From contig NC_059425.1 of the NCBI RefSeq assembly GCF_021028975.2, positions 41,416,001-41,480,000 on the forward strand: a DNA stretch of 64,000 nt, written 5' to 3'. Position numbers and translations under genes: made by a program. This stretch comes from Sphaerodactylus townsendi (lineage: Eukaryota). This document shows positions 11,373 to 23,963 of this stretch, in pieces (the stretch's first letter is position 1; each line of letters starts with the position of its first letter). Under the pieces are notes generated by a model. It saw only the letters and a program-made list of their open reading frames with translations. It had not been told where the DNA came from and searched no databases.

Positions 11373-13183
11373 TCTCTGTGGCTCTGCTGAACTGATATTT
11401 AACTAGTCTGAACATTCTGTGGGGTCCTCATCAGACCCCTTTCAACTTCTTTTTAAAAAACAAACTTAAGCATAAATAGTTTCTTGCCTGTTTAGGGAAT
11501 CCTACAAATATATGTAAATCCCTGCCTAGTCTGTGGGTGGTCTGTTTCATTGCCCTGGTGATAGACACTTGCTTGTTATTAGAGGGAACAAATGACAGGC
11601 CTGTAAAAAAATATGGGAGTGTTGGGATAAGCGATCTGAAAGTTGTTCACACAAATACCCCCAAATAATCTCCTCTTTTGGGACTATGTAACAGTTTATA
11701 AGCTTAAGAAATGTTGGATATTCAGTTTCAGTGAAAGGATGAGCAGCTTGCTGTGTTACTATAGCATTTCTACTAAAATGCTTGATGTGATGTCTATATT
11801 GAACCAGATTATGGCACTCCATCTTATTGTTATTTGGTCACCAGAAAGTGCTTGACCAGTGGGTTTTTTATTTAAAAAATGTAATTCTATATCATTCTTG
11901 GGATTTATCTTGTCTGAGTTGTTATTCTATTTCAGTGTATCACTGACAAAGGGGTGAGCTAAAATAGGTATTAGTGGTGAAACTGGATAATTCCATCTCT
12001 TCCTTACTGAGAAAGCGGTTTTCAAAAAGGGGTTGTGTATAGTGTCCAGACAATGTAGGACAGCAGGAGAAAAAACACAACTTTTGCAGGTGGAAATTAG
12101 TTCACAGGCGATTCTATGGTTATCCAATACCGTGTCTTTGTTCTACATCAATTGAACATGCTGTCTTAACCGGACCACATCACAGTAACATTTTGAGTTA
12201 GATATGCACATTCCCTTGTGTTTGACTTTTCTGTGAACATTTGTTTTTCATTGAGCCTGTATTTTCTGTTCTAGTGAAACAATTTTTCAGGCAACATTTG
12301 CCATGTTGAAAGAACACAGTGCTGATGGGGGCAGGGGTTGAATTTGGGAAATGCCTGCATAATCATGTCAAATTATGGCTTTTCTCATTGCTTTAAATCA
12401 TGATATCATCAGTTTAACATTTATATGAAGGTTACTTTTCTAGAAATAATATATATATTTAGTGATATTAACCCCTGGATCACTAATGCCCTGTTCAGAA
12501 AGAGAAAGCCAGCTCATATTCTACAAATGCTCCTGTCGCAGTTCTGAATGTAACTTCTAATTATAAGATTATTAACTAGCTCAAAGTTGGGCTTACCAAG
12601 AACTTTGTAGATATGGTAGGGCGAGGGAGAAGCAGACAATGCAATTCCAATGCAATTCCGTTTTACTAGCATTCTTTGTCAATTAACCTGACAGTGAATT
12701 ATGCATTTTATGTACTGCAGGTATAAATGAATGGTACAATTGAATGGTGTCAAACAATAATGCTGGTCCCCTATCCATTTTTCAGAGCAGGGTAATTGAC
12801 CAGGCCAATTAGTTTTGTCACAAGAGTATTAAGTACAATGCTATCATGAACCACATTTAAAAGTGTGTTACCAAAATTGTTGAACTGCCTATATGTTCAA
12901 ATCCAGTTTGGTCTTTCTTGATATTTGTGTATTCTTTCTGTCATCTATTAGTTCCAACATTTTCTTAATGCCAATAGCCAAGTCATCACCTTATGTATCT
13001 TGCCAGTGACAAGAGATTCTAGTGCCATTCTTTTTCAGTTGCTCTCAGTGAATTGGTATTTTCTTCTTTGCTCATCTTAACAAGCAAAGCCTATCCAGCA
13101 GGTTCATGTTTTTTTGTTAGCACTTATTTTGCTAACTAACTTTATGGGAGTAAGATAGTGTTTAGTTTATTTAGTTCATTTAA

Positions 13184-13185
13184 CA

Positions 13186-13217
<32 letters not shown>

Positions 13218-13228
13218 CACACACGCAC
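13184..13228. repeat. (GCAC)n/(AC)n microsatellite
   Basis: Direct reading. Confidence 0.95.
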
Positions 13229-14239
13229 TTCCATATACTGTATCTTTATTTTTTCCCAAAGAACAGTATTTATTCTTCAGATAGAGGAGACTGATTGTTT
13301 TTCAAGGATTTTCATAACTGGGATATGACTGAAGACACTTATTGATCCTGTGTTAGAATCTGCTATGAGCTGGGAACAACTGGGTGATGTTAAAAGATAA
13401 CCAGTGAAATAATTTGTATTATGATGAATAGAGTAATACAAGTAGTATCTACTGCCAGCATTGCAACTGTGTCAAAAAATATATCAGACTTCTCTGTGTG
13501 TGTGTGTTTTATGTTTGCAGATATCAAAAAGTTGCAAATAGAAAAATTGTTTTCAGGAGTATTATTACTGTTATCTAATTTGGGCTCAAATACTGTAATG
13601 AGATCTGTTCCTAATATTTTCTGTCTTAATTGGTTCTGTTGTTCAAAAACTCAGTTTTAAAAGGAAATTTGTGCTGTGTCTGGGCAGTAAATGGATCCAA
13701 GAGTAATCAGTTTTCTCTGCTGTTTCCCCTTTACAAAAGATAATTACCTCTTGAGTCTTGCATAAGTGCTTCCAATGCAAAAGCCAACTTTCTTGAGTGA
13801 TTATTGCTATCCCATGAGACACAGATGAACCTGGAGCTGGATAGTGATTCCCAAACCTTGAACGTTTGAGCAGCCTGACATCATTTCATGATATGTTTCT
13901 GGGCAGAAACAAGGTTTAGTTTCTTGTGCTTAACTATTTATGTTATGTATCAGTTTTTACTGGGTTCCTAGATCTATCAGATTAAATAGGCAGCAATTTA
14001 CAAGTCCATTCCAGGGCACTAAAAAGGCAGCAAATCATTTTTAAAGAAGTAAATAAACTTTTATAATGTACTGCACTGTCTTTGAGTCTGTATTTCTCCA
14101 GGAGCATAACAATTAATGAATGAACAGAATGAATTATCAAAAGAGAAAGCTATCTGGTAGGGGTAAATGGAGGGGGGACCTTAAATATGGGTTGACAGCA
14201 AGTGGGTGTAAAACTGGCTAGCTAACCCCCCACCCCTCA

Positions 14240-14241
<2 letters not shown>

Positions 14242-14292
<51 letters not shown>

Positions 14293-14312
14293 ACACACAC
14301 ACACACACACAC
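14242..14312. repeat. (CA)n microsatellite
   Basis: Direct reading, one interruption. Confidence 0.95.
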
Positions 14313-15644
14313 CCCATGGGCAGCCGCCTTCCCCCACCACAACCAAAAAAAGGTTTTCCCCCCTCCATGCATTGCCTCTTGTTCCTTCTTACTTAGTGAC
14401 AATATAACTAAGATGCAGCTTAGATAACTAAAAAGGTGTTTTCTTGTTTTCATCCAGGCATTTCCTCCCAATCTAATCTTTTTTTTTTTTTGCTCTAGCT
14501 TCTGTCTTTTACGTTTAGGGCTCCGTTGCTGGCCCCTCTGCCTTGCCCCACCATGCTGGGCTTTTCCCCAATGCGGGATCATGGGGGTTGCTGGCATTGG
14601 AGGGCAGGACTCAACTCTTCTGCTTGCCATGGGGCATCTAAATGCTGTTGGAGGGCCGCTGTGGGCTGCCGGTGCTGGTGGCCATTCCCTCGCCCTCCTC
14701 CAGGTTCAGATAGGTGTGCTTCTGCCAGGCCAGAATGTGGGAGAAAGAGTCCAAAGGGACCATCAGCCCTTACCTTGGACAGGACCTGGGGGAAAGGAGG
14801 AGGGGTTTGGGGGCGATTTCCCACCCCCAAAGTGACTAAATGCTGCCCTGGAACATTTGACCCCATACGTCCCCCTGGGCAGTATGCCCCTGCAGAGAAT
14901 ACAAACAATTTTCTGTCAGTGCTTCTGATATCCACTGTCATTGATTTAAGTCCAAATACAGTATTCAAAGAAAAAGCTGGAGGAATGAGTGACACACATT
15001 TTTCAAGTGGGCAAACTATTCAAATGTATCCTCTCAGACTAGAATGAAATGCTGAAGGTTAAGAGGTTTGAATTGGTGTTCAACTATCTTGTAGATTTGG
15101 GAATCCTGTTGGACTAGCAGTTTGTGCTAATATGCTCTTATTCCTTTCTTTCTGGATTTATATGATTTTTTGTGAAAATTTTTGTTTTACACTGTTTTTT
15201 TAAAAAATGTTGCTAATGTAATCAATTTATTTATTTTATTCCTTTTTATTCCTTCACATAAAAGCAGGGATACAATGGGATTTTTAGGCTATTTTGCATT
15301 ATACATAAGTAATATTTCTATTGAATTTCATTAGAGTAGTCAGAGTGGGAATAGAACTACAATTTTCTCAGTTGGGAAGAAGCCCTGACAGTAACTAAAA
15401 TCTTGAATCAAAACAGTATGTAATGTTTTCTTATGAAACTTCATATTTCTTATATATAGTGTCTAATTTTTATAGCTACAATTTTCACTAGAAAAACAAA
15501 CATCTACTAGCAGTGCTCTAATCATGTTCTGGTTAAATGGATTTCATCTGTGATTGGCTTTCTGGGCATTCTTCAATGTGCCGGTCCTTACTGGTCAACT
15601 TAAATGGCATTTGGAGATCCAGAATCCCAGCTTAGGTCCCTTCC

Positions 15645-15860
15645 ACTTATTTATTTCCTTAGTTTGTACTCTGTCTTTCTGCCCATTAAGGACCCAGTGA
15701 CTTACGTCATTCTGTTCTTCATTTCATGATCACAACAACCCTGTAAAGTAAGTTAGGCTAAGAGTATATAAATGGCTTAGGGTCATGGAACATGGTAAAA
15801 CAGGGATTTTACCCTGGGTCTCCCGTGTCCTAATCCAATACTTTAACCTGTACACTGCAC
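15645..15860 (-). mobile_element. tRNA-derived SINE (degenerate)
   Basis: CACAACAACCCTGTAAAGTAAGTTAGGCT...CTGGGTCTCCC; same family as 10865. Confidence 0.6.
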
Positions 15861-16273
15861 TCCCTCTCAATAAAGTAATGGGATAAAAATAGGGCCTTTT
15901 CTATGATAGTGACCACAGAATACTGCCTGGTACCTGAACTGTGAAAATTAAGTCACATGCCACAAAGATTATATTTGCCTAGGCATTTTGTTGATTTTTT
16001 AAAAGTTATGTCCTGTCATGCTTTATCTTCTACCACATTGTTAAGTAGTTTACTTGACTCTGAGCTTTCTGTTGAAAGATCTTGTTGTAATTGTTTGAAA
16101 GAGTTCCTTTTATGTTACTGCTTAAAAGGGTTCCGTTTATGTTACCAGCCTAAACTAGTGGTAGCCCTTATCATTGACTAACTAGCATTGCAATCTTAAA
16201 CAGATTTAAACCTTTCTTAATTAATTGAAGCCACTGGGATTAGAAGTTCTACTCTGTTTAGGTGCCTTGTAGG

Positions 16274-16557
16274 CAGGGGCATACCTGCCAAAAGGTTGCA
16301 TGTCCCTGAACGCCACCCATCTGATCATGTGGGGGGCACAAAATCGTCTCCCCCCACAGAGAGGTGGCTACAGCCAGTGGGCAAGCCGTGGGCCAGGCTG
16401 GGAGCCTGCCACGGGCCCACCAGGCACCTCTTGCCCCGACCCCACCAGAGGAAGAGGCCAAGGGAAGATGAGGCAGGGAAGAGGCCAAAAGTGGGGCTGG
16501 GGGGGGTTCAAAAATAAGGTCTTGCCCCGAGTGCCATTTTCTGCCGGTACGTCTCTG
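16274..16557. mobile_element. hAT-type GC-rich MITE
   Basis: TIRs CAGGGGCATACC / GGTACGTCTCTG; 8-bp TSD CTTGTAGG/CCTGTAGG. Confidence 0.75.
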
Positions 16558-16929
16558 CCTGTAGGTTTTAGATTCTGCTTTTAATTGAATTATCATTGTA
16601 AAAAATAGGACTTTTATATGTTTTCTGCTTAGCTTTTTTTTGGGGGGGCTCTTTTTAAAAATAAGGGCTAAAGCACAGATTGCTGATTAGATCATTTTTT
16701 GCCCAGTGAGGTGAAAAACATTCAATCTAAGATACCATCTAACTCTGGTGATATATTTACCATCACCTATAATAGATTCTAAGGACACAGGTGGCCAGAT
16801 GTTTCCAAAAAGGTTTGGAATGAGAATGTGAATAGTTGGAAGAAGCATTACTTAAGCATGTAAATATTCTACAAGTTGTTTACAGCAAAGGAGGCATGTT
16901 AATCATTAGCATTGCTGTACAAACTGTAT

Positions 16930-17150
16930 GCCCTGACCAGGATGACCAAGGCTAGCCTGATCTTGTCAAATCTTGGAAGCTGAGTAAGGTCAACCGTTGT
17001 TAGTACTGTGATGGGAGACCATTAAAAAAGTCCAGGATTGCTTCTTGGAGTTAGGGAATGGAAAACCACCTCTGTTCATCTCTTGCCTTGAAAACCCTAT
17101 GAGGTTGCCACAAGTTAGCTCCAAGTTGTCATTACTTTCCACCACCACTA
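16930..17150 (+). mobile_element. 5S rRNA-derived SINE (SINE3) with RTE/BovB-type tail
   Basis: GCCTGATCTTGTCAAATCTTGGAAGCTGAG...TTAGTACTGTGATGGGAGACC resembles the 5S rRNA internal promoter region; tail AACCACCTCTG...TTGCCTTGAAAACCCTATG. Confidence 0.7.
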
Positions 17151-19010
17151 CCTTCATCATGTTCACTAATGAAATGGGAGGAAGTATAACCTGCTGTTCT
17201 TTGAAGTGCTCTTGTTCTGTAGCCTTGTGTAAGAGCAGTTATATGCTAAGAGAGAAGGAGATTTAAAAGCTGGAGGATCTTCACAGAATGCCTATTGTTT
17301 ACGGATCATGATTTTAACTTCATTTTATGGACCTTTACAGTCATGCCATTATGTGCTGCTCCAATGTCTTATTGGAAATCAATAGAGGTATATTTACATC
17401 TATTTCAGGTGTGCTTTCTTTGATTCTACATACCAATGTAAGAAAGCTCCTGCTGCATTTGTTTATAGCAATGGTCAGCCCCATGAGAATAGCATGAAGG
17501 CAATAACTCTCCCCATTATCGCTGACTGTCTGTCTAATATTCATAAGTTATTTGCCTGTGAACACAGATGTTCTGTGTATTTTCTTCATTTATACCCCAT
17601 CTTTCTTCCCAGTGGGGAAACAAAATTGCTTAATGCTGTTCTCCTCTCTTCCATTTTGTCCTCACAGCCGTCCTGTAAGGTAGATTAGGCTTTCATGTAT
17701 CTTTCCTGGCAAGCACCTCAAGCCTCCTTGTTTTATTTCCAGCTGTTATTGCCTGGTGCTTTTTCATTCATTAGGTGTGTGAATTCCCCTTAGGAAGGGA
17801 CTGTGGATCCACGACAGAGTCCCTGCTTTGCATGCTGAAAGCCCTATGTTGGTTCCTTTTCACCTCCATTGAAAAGTGTCTCAGGTGCTGGGACCTTTCT
17901 CTGCCTGATGCCCTGGTGACTTGGTGCCAGTCCATAAAAACAACAGTGAATTAGATGGGCCAATGATCTAGCTTTTTATTGCTTGACAGAGCAAATGAAA
18001 ACAAAATAAGAAAAGAATCTGTATACAACTGCATTCAACTCTCTCTGGGTTTTCCCCCTGCAGTGTCATCTGATAGGGAAATAATCGCCATCTTCAATGG
18101 CACTCTCACCAAAATAAGGAAATGAAAGTTTGCTGTCAAAAGATATGAAGTACACTTACTCCTCTCAAATGAAAGCCATCATTAGCCGATAAAGAGATCT
18201 GTTTGCTGTAATTTTCAACTCAGTCTTATTCAAAAGGAGTGAGTGCTGCTGGTAATGATGAGCTGTGAGTTTGACCATATTCTTGGCTTTCATAAGCGTT
18301 TTACAGTCTGTAGAATAAATTATCTGGAGGACAATAAAGCAAATGTCCTTTCTGCTTATCTCTAAGCAGACTTAGATAGTGCAGGGATTATATGTGTATC
18401 AGTCAAATCTGTGATGCTCCAGAAGAGGTTTCCCTAGTACATGGTTTGAGCAAAAGATAGTTGGCACAAAGTGATTCCTAATTGGAAGGGTAGTTTTAAT
18501 TCTGCAATAAAAAGGTAGTGCTATATTTTATACTATATTTTATGGCAAGGGAAAAAATGTTCTGTGAATGCATCGATTCTTACAAAGCTGAATTTAGCAG
18601 TCAGTACCACGTTCTATCACTTTCCTGTGCTTTTACTGAACAGCAGAACACAGACTGCTCTGACTATTGGCTTTGACACCCGTGTTTCCCACTGAATACT
18701 AATTCATTTTGGCTAGAGCAAAAGCCAGGATTGGAAGGGTGAGGTCACTAGTCCTATTGCTGTGAATTGGGTTGTTCACAGAGTTTCTATTCTATTCTCC
18801 TGCCTCGAAAACCTTGAGGGAATTAATGAGACCCAGTGGCTGGCAAACAGAATACAGTTGTGCTCAAACAGAACAGAAGATTAGAGAGAGCAGTCTAAAA
18901 TGCACAGTCTCTAGATGCTATGAAGTCAGCAGGGATCCATCACCAAGTGATAAATGCTGTAGAATGTTGTGGGTTTTCCGGGTTGTATGGCCATGTTCCA
19001 ATAGTATTTT

Positions 19011-19054
19011 CTCCTGTCGTTTCGCCTACATCTGTGGCTGGCATCTTCAGAGGA
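19011..19054 (-). ncRNA. Minimal hammerhead ribozyme motif (PLE-type), GUC>GAC at the cleavage triplet
   Basis: Minus strand reads UCCU-CUGAAGA-UGCC..GGC-GAAA-C-GAC-AGGA. Confidence 0.65.
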
Positions 19055-19098
19055 TCTGGTGGTAGTATATATACTCTACTTGCTTTACTAACACCAGA

Positions 19099-19141
19099 TC
19101 CTCTGAAGATGCCAGCCACAAATGCAGGCAAAACGTCAGGA
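19099..19141 (+). ncRNA. Minimal hammerhead ribozyme motif (PLE-type), GAAA>AAAA core change
   Basis: UCCU-CUGAAGA-UGCC..GGC-AAAA-C-GUC-AGGA. Confidence 0.65.
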
Positions 19142-20934
19142 GAAAATACTACTGGAGCACAACCATACAACCCGGAAAACCCACAATAACCTAATTATTC
19201 CGGCCGTGAAGGCCTTCGATGATAAATGCTTTCTTTTTCAGTTATCAGATTGCTCCATTATGAAATTAGTCATGTTTACAAATTTCTATCCAGAATCTGA
19301 AGTAATCGCTCCAACATTTGATACAACATAGCATCCCCTAACATAGATACCTACCTTGCTCTGCGTCAAGATCAGTCCCATCAGCCCACCGGAAAAATAT
19401 GCTGGAAAATACTTGAAAAGTTCTGCTTTAAGATGTGATAGATTTACATTTGTAGTATTTAATTATAAAAATCATCCAATATCACCGACTTTCTTCTCTA
19501 GTACGTTCAAAAAAAGTAAATCTTGCTTGTGATTGACAGGTAGAAGGTTTCCACAGCAGTTTCAGCATTCATTTTCGAAAGCCTTAGAAACAGTCCTCAG
19601 ACCTAAGTCTGGCACACATGGATTCAAGCCCCATTGCCTATATGAATCTGTTAGATATCTTTCACAAGCCAGTAAATCTAAGCCCTTCTATTAAGTGAGA
19701 ATAACCGAAATGATGCATAAGCAGCATTAGGACAAAGTGCAGCCAAATGTGCAAACTCCTGATGTGTGTGGGAATTTGAACACCTGACCTTGAGGAGAAA
19801 TGTGTAAATTATTCTTTGGAAAGATCAGTAAATGAATGAGGAAGATCCCAAGATACTGTTGATGCTAATCAGGCAAGGATCTGAGCCTGTCTTCCTGAGA
19901 AATTCTGGAGTCCCATGGTGGAAGAAAGGTGGGATATAAATGAAATAAACAAGAAGCTGACATCATGCTTTGTTTGCAATGCTTCTTTGTACCATCTGAA
20001 GGTATGCTCCTTCACAGATAGAATGCAACAATAAAATATAAGTTACACTTTACATATCATAAGCAGGAATGGTGACTGGGTCCTTTCATTGAGAAGCCTT
20101 GCTGCATTAGCATCCAGGAATCGGCCGGGGGGTGGGGGGTGGGGGGTGAAAGTGTATTGCTTGCTGTCTCTCTCAGCCTAGCATTTTTACAACTCTTCTA
20201 AAATCTCTCTCCCTCCCACCCCCAAGACCTCAGGGGATTTACAGGTGCAGACACTGAGTGCAGCTGACCTCCACAGAACCTCTCCCTGCTCCGTTAATCG
20301 CCATGGCCCCATTTTCGAAGAACATACTTTTGAGTGTTTTCCAAAACCCAATTTTCATAGTGTGCTTGCCAAGAAGTGAAACACAGCAGAATTCAAAGTA
20401 TTGAATCACAGGGATAGATTTAGACAATGCCTCTGCATTTAATAGCTCAAATTAAAGACTATTAAGCATGAGAAGATGCAAATGAATGTGCTTTAGTATT
20501 GTCCAAAGAAGACTCTTTGGCAATTTTCTCCTTCCTACTATCTGACAAATAATATTGAAGATGATGGAGAGAATCATGACAACAGGGACAATAAAGTGTG
20601 ATGTATATTCATGCAGATTTCAGGTGCTACAGAGCCACAGTTGTGATTTCTTGTTTGGGCTTTATGAGTCTATGCTGCTTTGTACCTCCAAGCCCAGTTT
20701 TTAGTTTTGCTTTAGCTCACCAAGACTTACAAATTCTCTATATTGTTTTGGTATTAGCTGTTTACAGATTAAGTCTTACTACATTTGTCAATTAATTCTT
20801 ACCTTATACCCATTGTAGGAAATTCTAGAAATCCTTCTAGGAAACAATAATTCTGTGGAGTGCCCATAATAAGTGAGATCTGCTTAACATGTGGGTCACT
20901 AATATTGCATATGTGTATTATGCACGTACTAGGG

Positions 20935-21125
20935 AAGGTGGCATGATATTGCTCGATCTCATCAGCTCTCAGAAGCTAAGCAGGATCAGTATGTGGAAGG
21001 AAGATCTCCAAGGAAGAGTCTGCAGAGGAAGGCAATAGCAAAACCACCTCTGCTTCTCACAAGCCTAGAAAGCCCCTTGCTGGAGTTGCCAGAAGTTAGC
21101 TGCTACTTGGCAGCTCTGTACATGC
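20935..21125 (+). mobile_element. 5S rRNA-derived SINE
   Basis: GATCTCATCAGCTCTCAGAAGCTAAGCAGG...GGCAATAGCAAAACCACCTCTG; same family as 16930. Confidence 0.65.
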
Positions 21126-22435
21126 ACTTCTGGCACTGTGGCACGGTTCACACACATCATAAATCTGCACTCCTGGCACTGATGCAGAGAGTAGCTCCAA
21201 AATTCTGTCTTACACAGAACCTGCTAGATCACACCATCTAGTCCAGCATCCTGCCAACTATTTACTATGGAGGACCAACAACAGGGCACAGAGACCAAAA
21301 TCTTTCCCTGATATTGCCTCCTGGCACTGGTTTTCAAAGTTTTATGGCCTCTGAAAGTGGATGTTCTCTTTAGTCAGCAAAGCTAGCAGCCACCAATAGA
21401 CCTTTCCTTCATGTTAGTGGTGTAAAAATAATGACCATTCCTGATAATGAGAACAAACATTAACTTGGAAGGGAACACCCACCCAACCTCTCTACATGTT
21501 TGGGCATTGATGAGAACTGCAAAAGATTTAATAAATATCCATGATATGGAATAGAAGTTGTGTGAAACTCATGTAAAATTGTTAAGTGGAAAATTCCTCT
21601 TTATTATGTTAGTTAATGTTCAAAAGCTTTTCTGGTTACTGCAATGTTGTAGGGTATCACCTAGAAAAATGTGAAATTTCCATCACAAGAAAAAAATGTG
21701 AAATTTTAACAATGGATTTTTGAGGACTCATCCTCTATCAAAGCTTTTCTGTCCAACCCCCTCCCCCCCCCCCGCCTTATTTTGCATCTTGGAGGTACAT
21801 CTTGGCCTTTCCAGTCCTTCTCTCACGTGTTGTCTGAACACATCCAAAAGCAAAGTGCTTGCTCATGGGAAAGAGTAAGATGATTTTGTGTGACTGAAGT
21901 GCTAAAAGCACTCTAATTGTTGACTTACAGCATTCCTCCTTACTAAAAACCTGCTAAAAATATCAGTTGGCCTTTCTTTTCCAGAGCCAGCCTGTGTGTT
22001 TGTGTGCCCATCAAGTCACAGCTGACTTATGATGATCCCCTTAGGGTTTTCAAGGCATGATATGTTCAGAGGTGGTTTGTCATTGTCTGCTTGTGTGTGG
22101 GCTGAGAGTTCTGAGAAAACTGTGACTGACCCAAAGTCAACCCCTATTTTACCAGTTCACTTTGTCTGACCTTGGTCCTCAGATTGGTTTATCTAACGTT
22201 GCCTGTAAGGATAATGCAAAACATCCTTTATCATATATACCTGACAAACTAAACACTGTTCTTGGCCGTGCCTAAGCATGTTCAATCATTGTATCTCTGG
22301 GTATGTGTATATGTTTCCCCCAGTAAGTGTGCATACTGTTGCAGCTGTGCTGCCCCAATCTAACCATGCTTGCTCAGAAGTTTATTTTACTTTTCCACTA
22401 AACATACTCCTAAGCAAGTATGCTTAGAATTGAGA

Positions 22436-23060
22436 ACCAGCATGGTAGTATAATGGACAGAGTGGTAGACTAGAATCTGGATTCAGATATCTAATCTGCC
22501 ATTGAAACTTGTGTCCAGGGTCCAGATCTCAACCTCCACAACCACCCCAGCAAACCTGCCCAACCCTCTCAACTACAGGACTTGGCAAGCTGCAGCAGCC
22601 CAAGGAAGTAGGTCAGCCAGGCAGCACTATCACAGGCCGAGGTCAGCAGAGGTAGGACTTTTCTCAAAGCCCTGCCTGGCAGGAAACTGGCCCAGCAGCA
22701 GGAACAGCCATTTCCTTCCAGGAGCCAAAGAGCAGATCTTTAAGCCCAGGAAAGGTCTGGCCAAAGGGGTGGGGCTGGAGGACCCAAGGAAGCTATAAAA
22801 ACTTCCATGAGCCAAAGGATCAGGGAGGCTGTAAGAACAATCAGCAACTAGCAGTGGTTTACCGGGGTGCAACCTACGTTGAGAATATCTGAAACCCAAG
22901 GGAGTTTCCTGAAGTGACAGGGAGCACTGGTCATGACAACTTGATGGGTGATCTTTCAGCATATATCAAAGTTCTGTTATTGTGAGGATAAATGAAAAAG
23001 AAAAAGAACAATGTTGTATGCTGCTTTGGGCTCCCACTGGGAAGAAAAGCAGGATACAAG
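22436..23060 (+). mobile_element. tRNA-derived SINE split by a solo LTR
   Basis: SINE head ACCAGCATGGTAGTATAATGG...TCTGCCATTGAAACTTG resumes after 22938 as ACTTGATGGGTGATCTT...TTGTGAGGATAAA. Confidence 0.6.
22512..22938 (+). mobile_element. Solo LTR (427 bp, Gypsy-type)
   Basis: TGTC...GACA termini, exact 5-bp TSD ACTTG, TATA box GCTATAAAA at ~22792-22800. Confidence 0.85.
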
Positions 23061-23583
23061 TTGCAACCCTTATGTAACAATCCTGTTGGTATACTCATGA
23101 GTGATCCTTGTTGAAATAAATGGAATTAATTTATGACTTCAAATGGATCAGGGTTGCATGTCTCAGTGCACATGAAGAAGATCAGTAAACAATATATTGT
23201 AGAGGGATGCTGGTATAGGCTTGCCAATACTGGTTGAGAAATTCCTGGAGAATTTGGAGTTTGGGGTAGGGGTTTTGGGAAGTGAAGGGAACTCAGTGGT
23301 TAGTGCCATCGGGTCTACCCTGCAAAGCAGCTATTTTCTCCAGAGGAATTCATCTGTGTAGTCTGGAGATCTGTTCCAGTTCTGGGATATCTCCAGGCAC
23401 TACCTGGTGGTTGGTAACCCCAATATGGGATGATGCTGCCCACAGTTAATGTAACCTAATCACCATTATTTATGTATGCAGTTATGACTGTAGTTCCAGT
23501 TCACCATCAATCTGCTCATCTCCTTTTTCTTCCCTGTTATTTTTTGTAAAATAGAAGTATACTGTCCATGGTGTGTGGATGAA

Positions 23584-23880
23584 AGCCAGTGTGGTAGTGG
23601 TTAAGAGTGACGGACTCTAAGCTGGAGAACCAAGTTTAATTTTCCACTCCTCTGCATGAGTGGTGGATTCTATTCTAGAGAACCAGGTTTGATTCCCCAC
23701 TCCTCCACATGAAGATTGCTGGGTAACGTCAGACTAGTCATAGTTGTCTTAGAACTCTCTTAGCCCCACCTACCTCATAAGGAATCTATCTGTTGTGGAG
23801 AGGGAAAGGAAAGGTGGTTGTAAATCGCTTTGAGACTCCTTACAATAGACAAAAGTAGGGTATTAAAAACCAACTCTCTC
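23584..23880 (+). mobile_element. tRNA-derived SINE (Squam3-like) with duplicated B-box segment
   Basis: GCCAGTGTGGTAGTGGTTAAGAG head; GAGAACCA(A/G)GTTT(A/G)ATT..CCACTCCTC occurs twice; CCCACCTACCTCA core. Confidence 0.75.
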
Positions 23881-23910
23881 CTCCTCCTCCTCCTCCTCCT
23901 CCTCCTCCTC

Positions 23911-23961
<51 letters not shown>
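23877..23961. repeat. Compound (CTC)n(CTA)n microsatellite at the SINE tail
   Basis: Direct reading. Confidence 0.95.

Positions 23962-23963
<2 letters not shown>

Larger units (their letters stand above)
18959..19219. mobile_element. Penelope-like element remnant with inverted terminal repeats
   Basis: ~95-bp inverted arms (18966-19060 / 19093-19187), 32-bp spacer, flanked by the 11-bp direct repeat TGATAAATGCT (18948-18958, 19220-19230). Confidence 0.82.

Noticed and set aside
14181-15047. ORFs of 138-173 aa on both strands
   Set aside because: They run through a (CA)n microsatellite and GC-rich repeat sequence; no recognisable domain.
18064-18125. Strong acceptor TTTCCCCCTGCAG followed by SSDREIIAIFNGTLTKIRK*
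   Set aside because: Short, unrecognised and with no partner exons; cannot be supported as coding.
20126-20147. G-run cluster (possible G-quadruplex)
   Set aside because: Common low-complexity motif with no supporting context.
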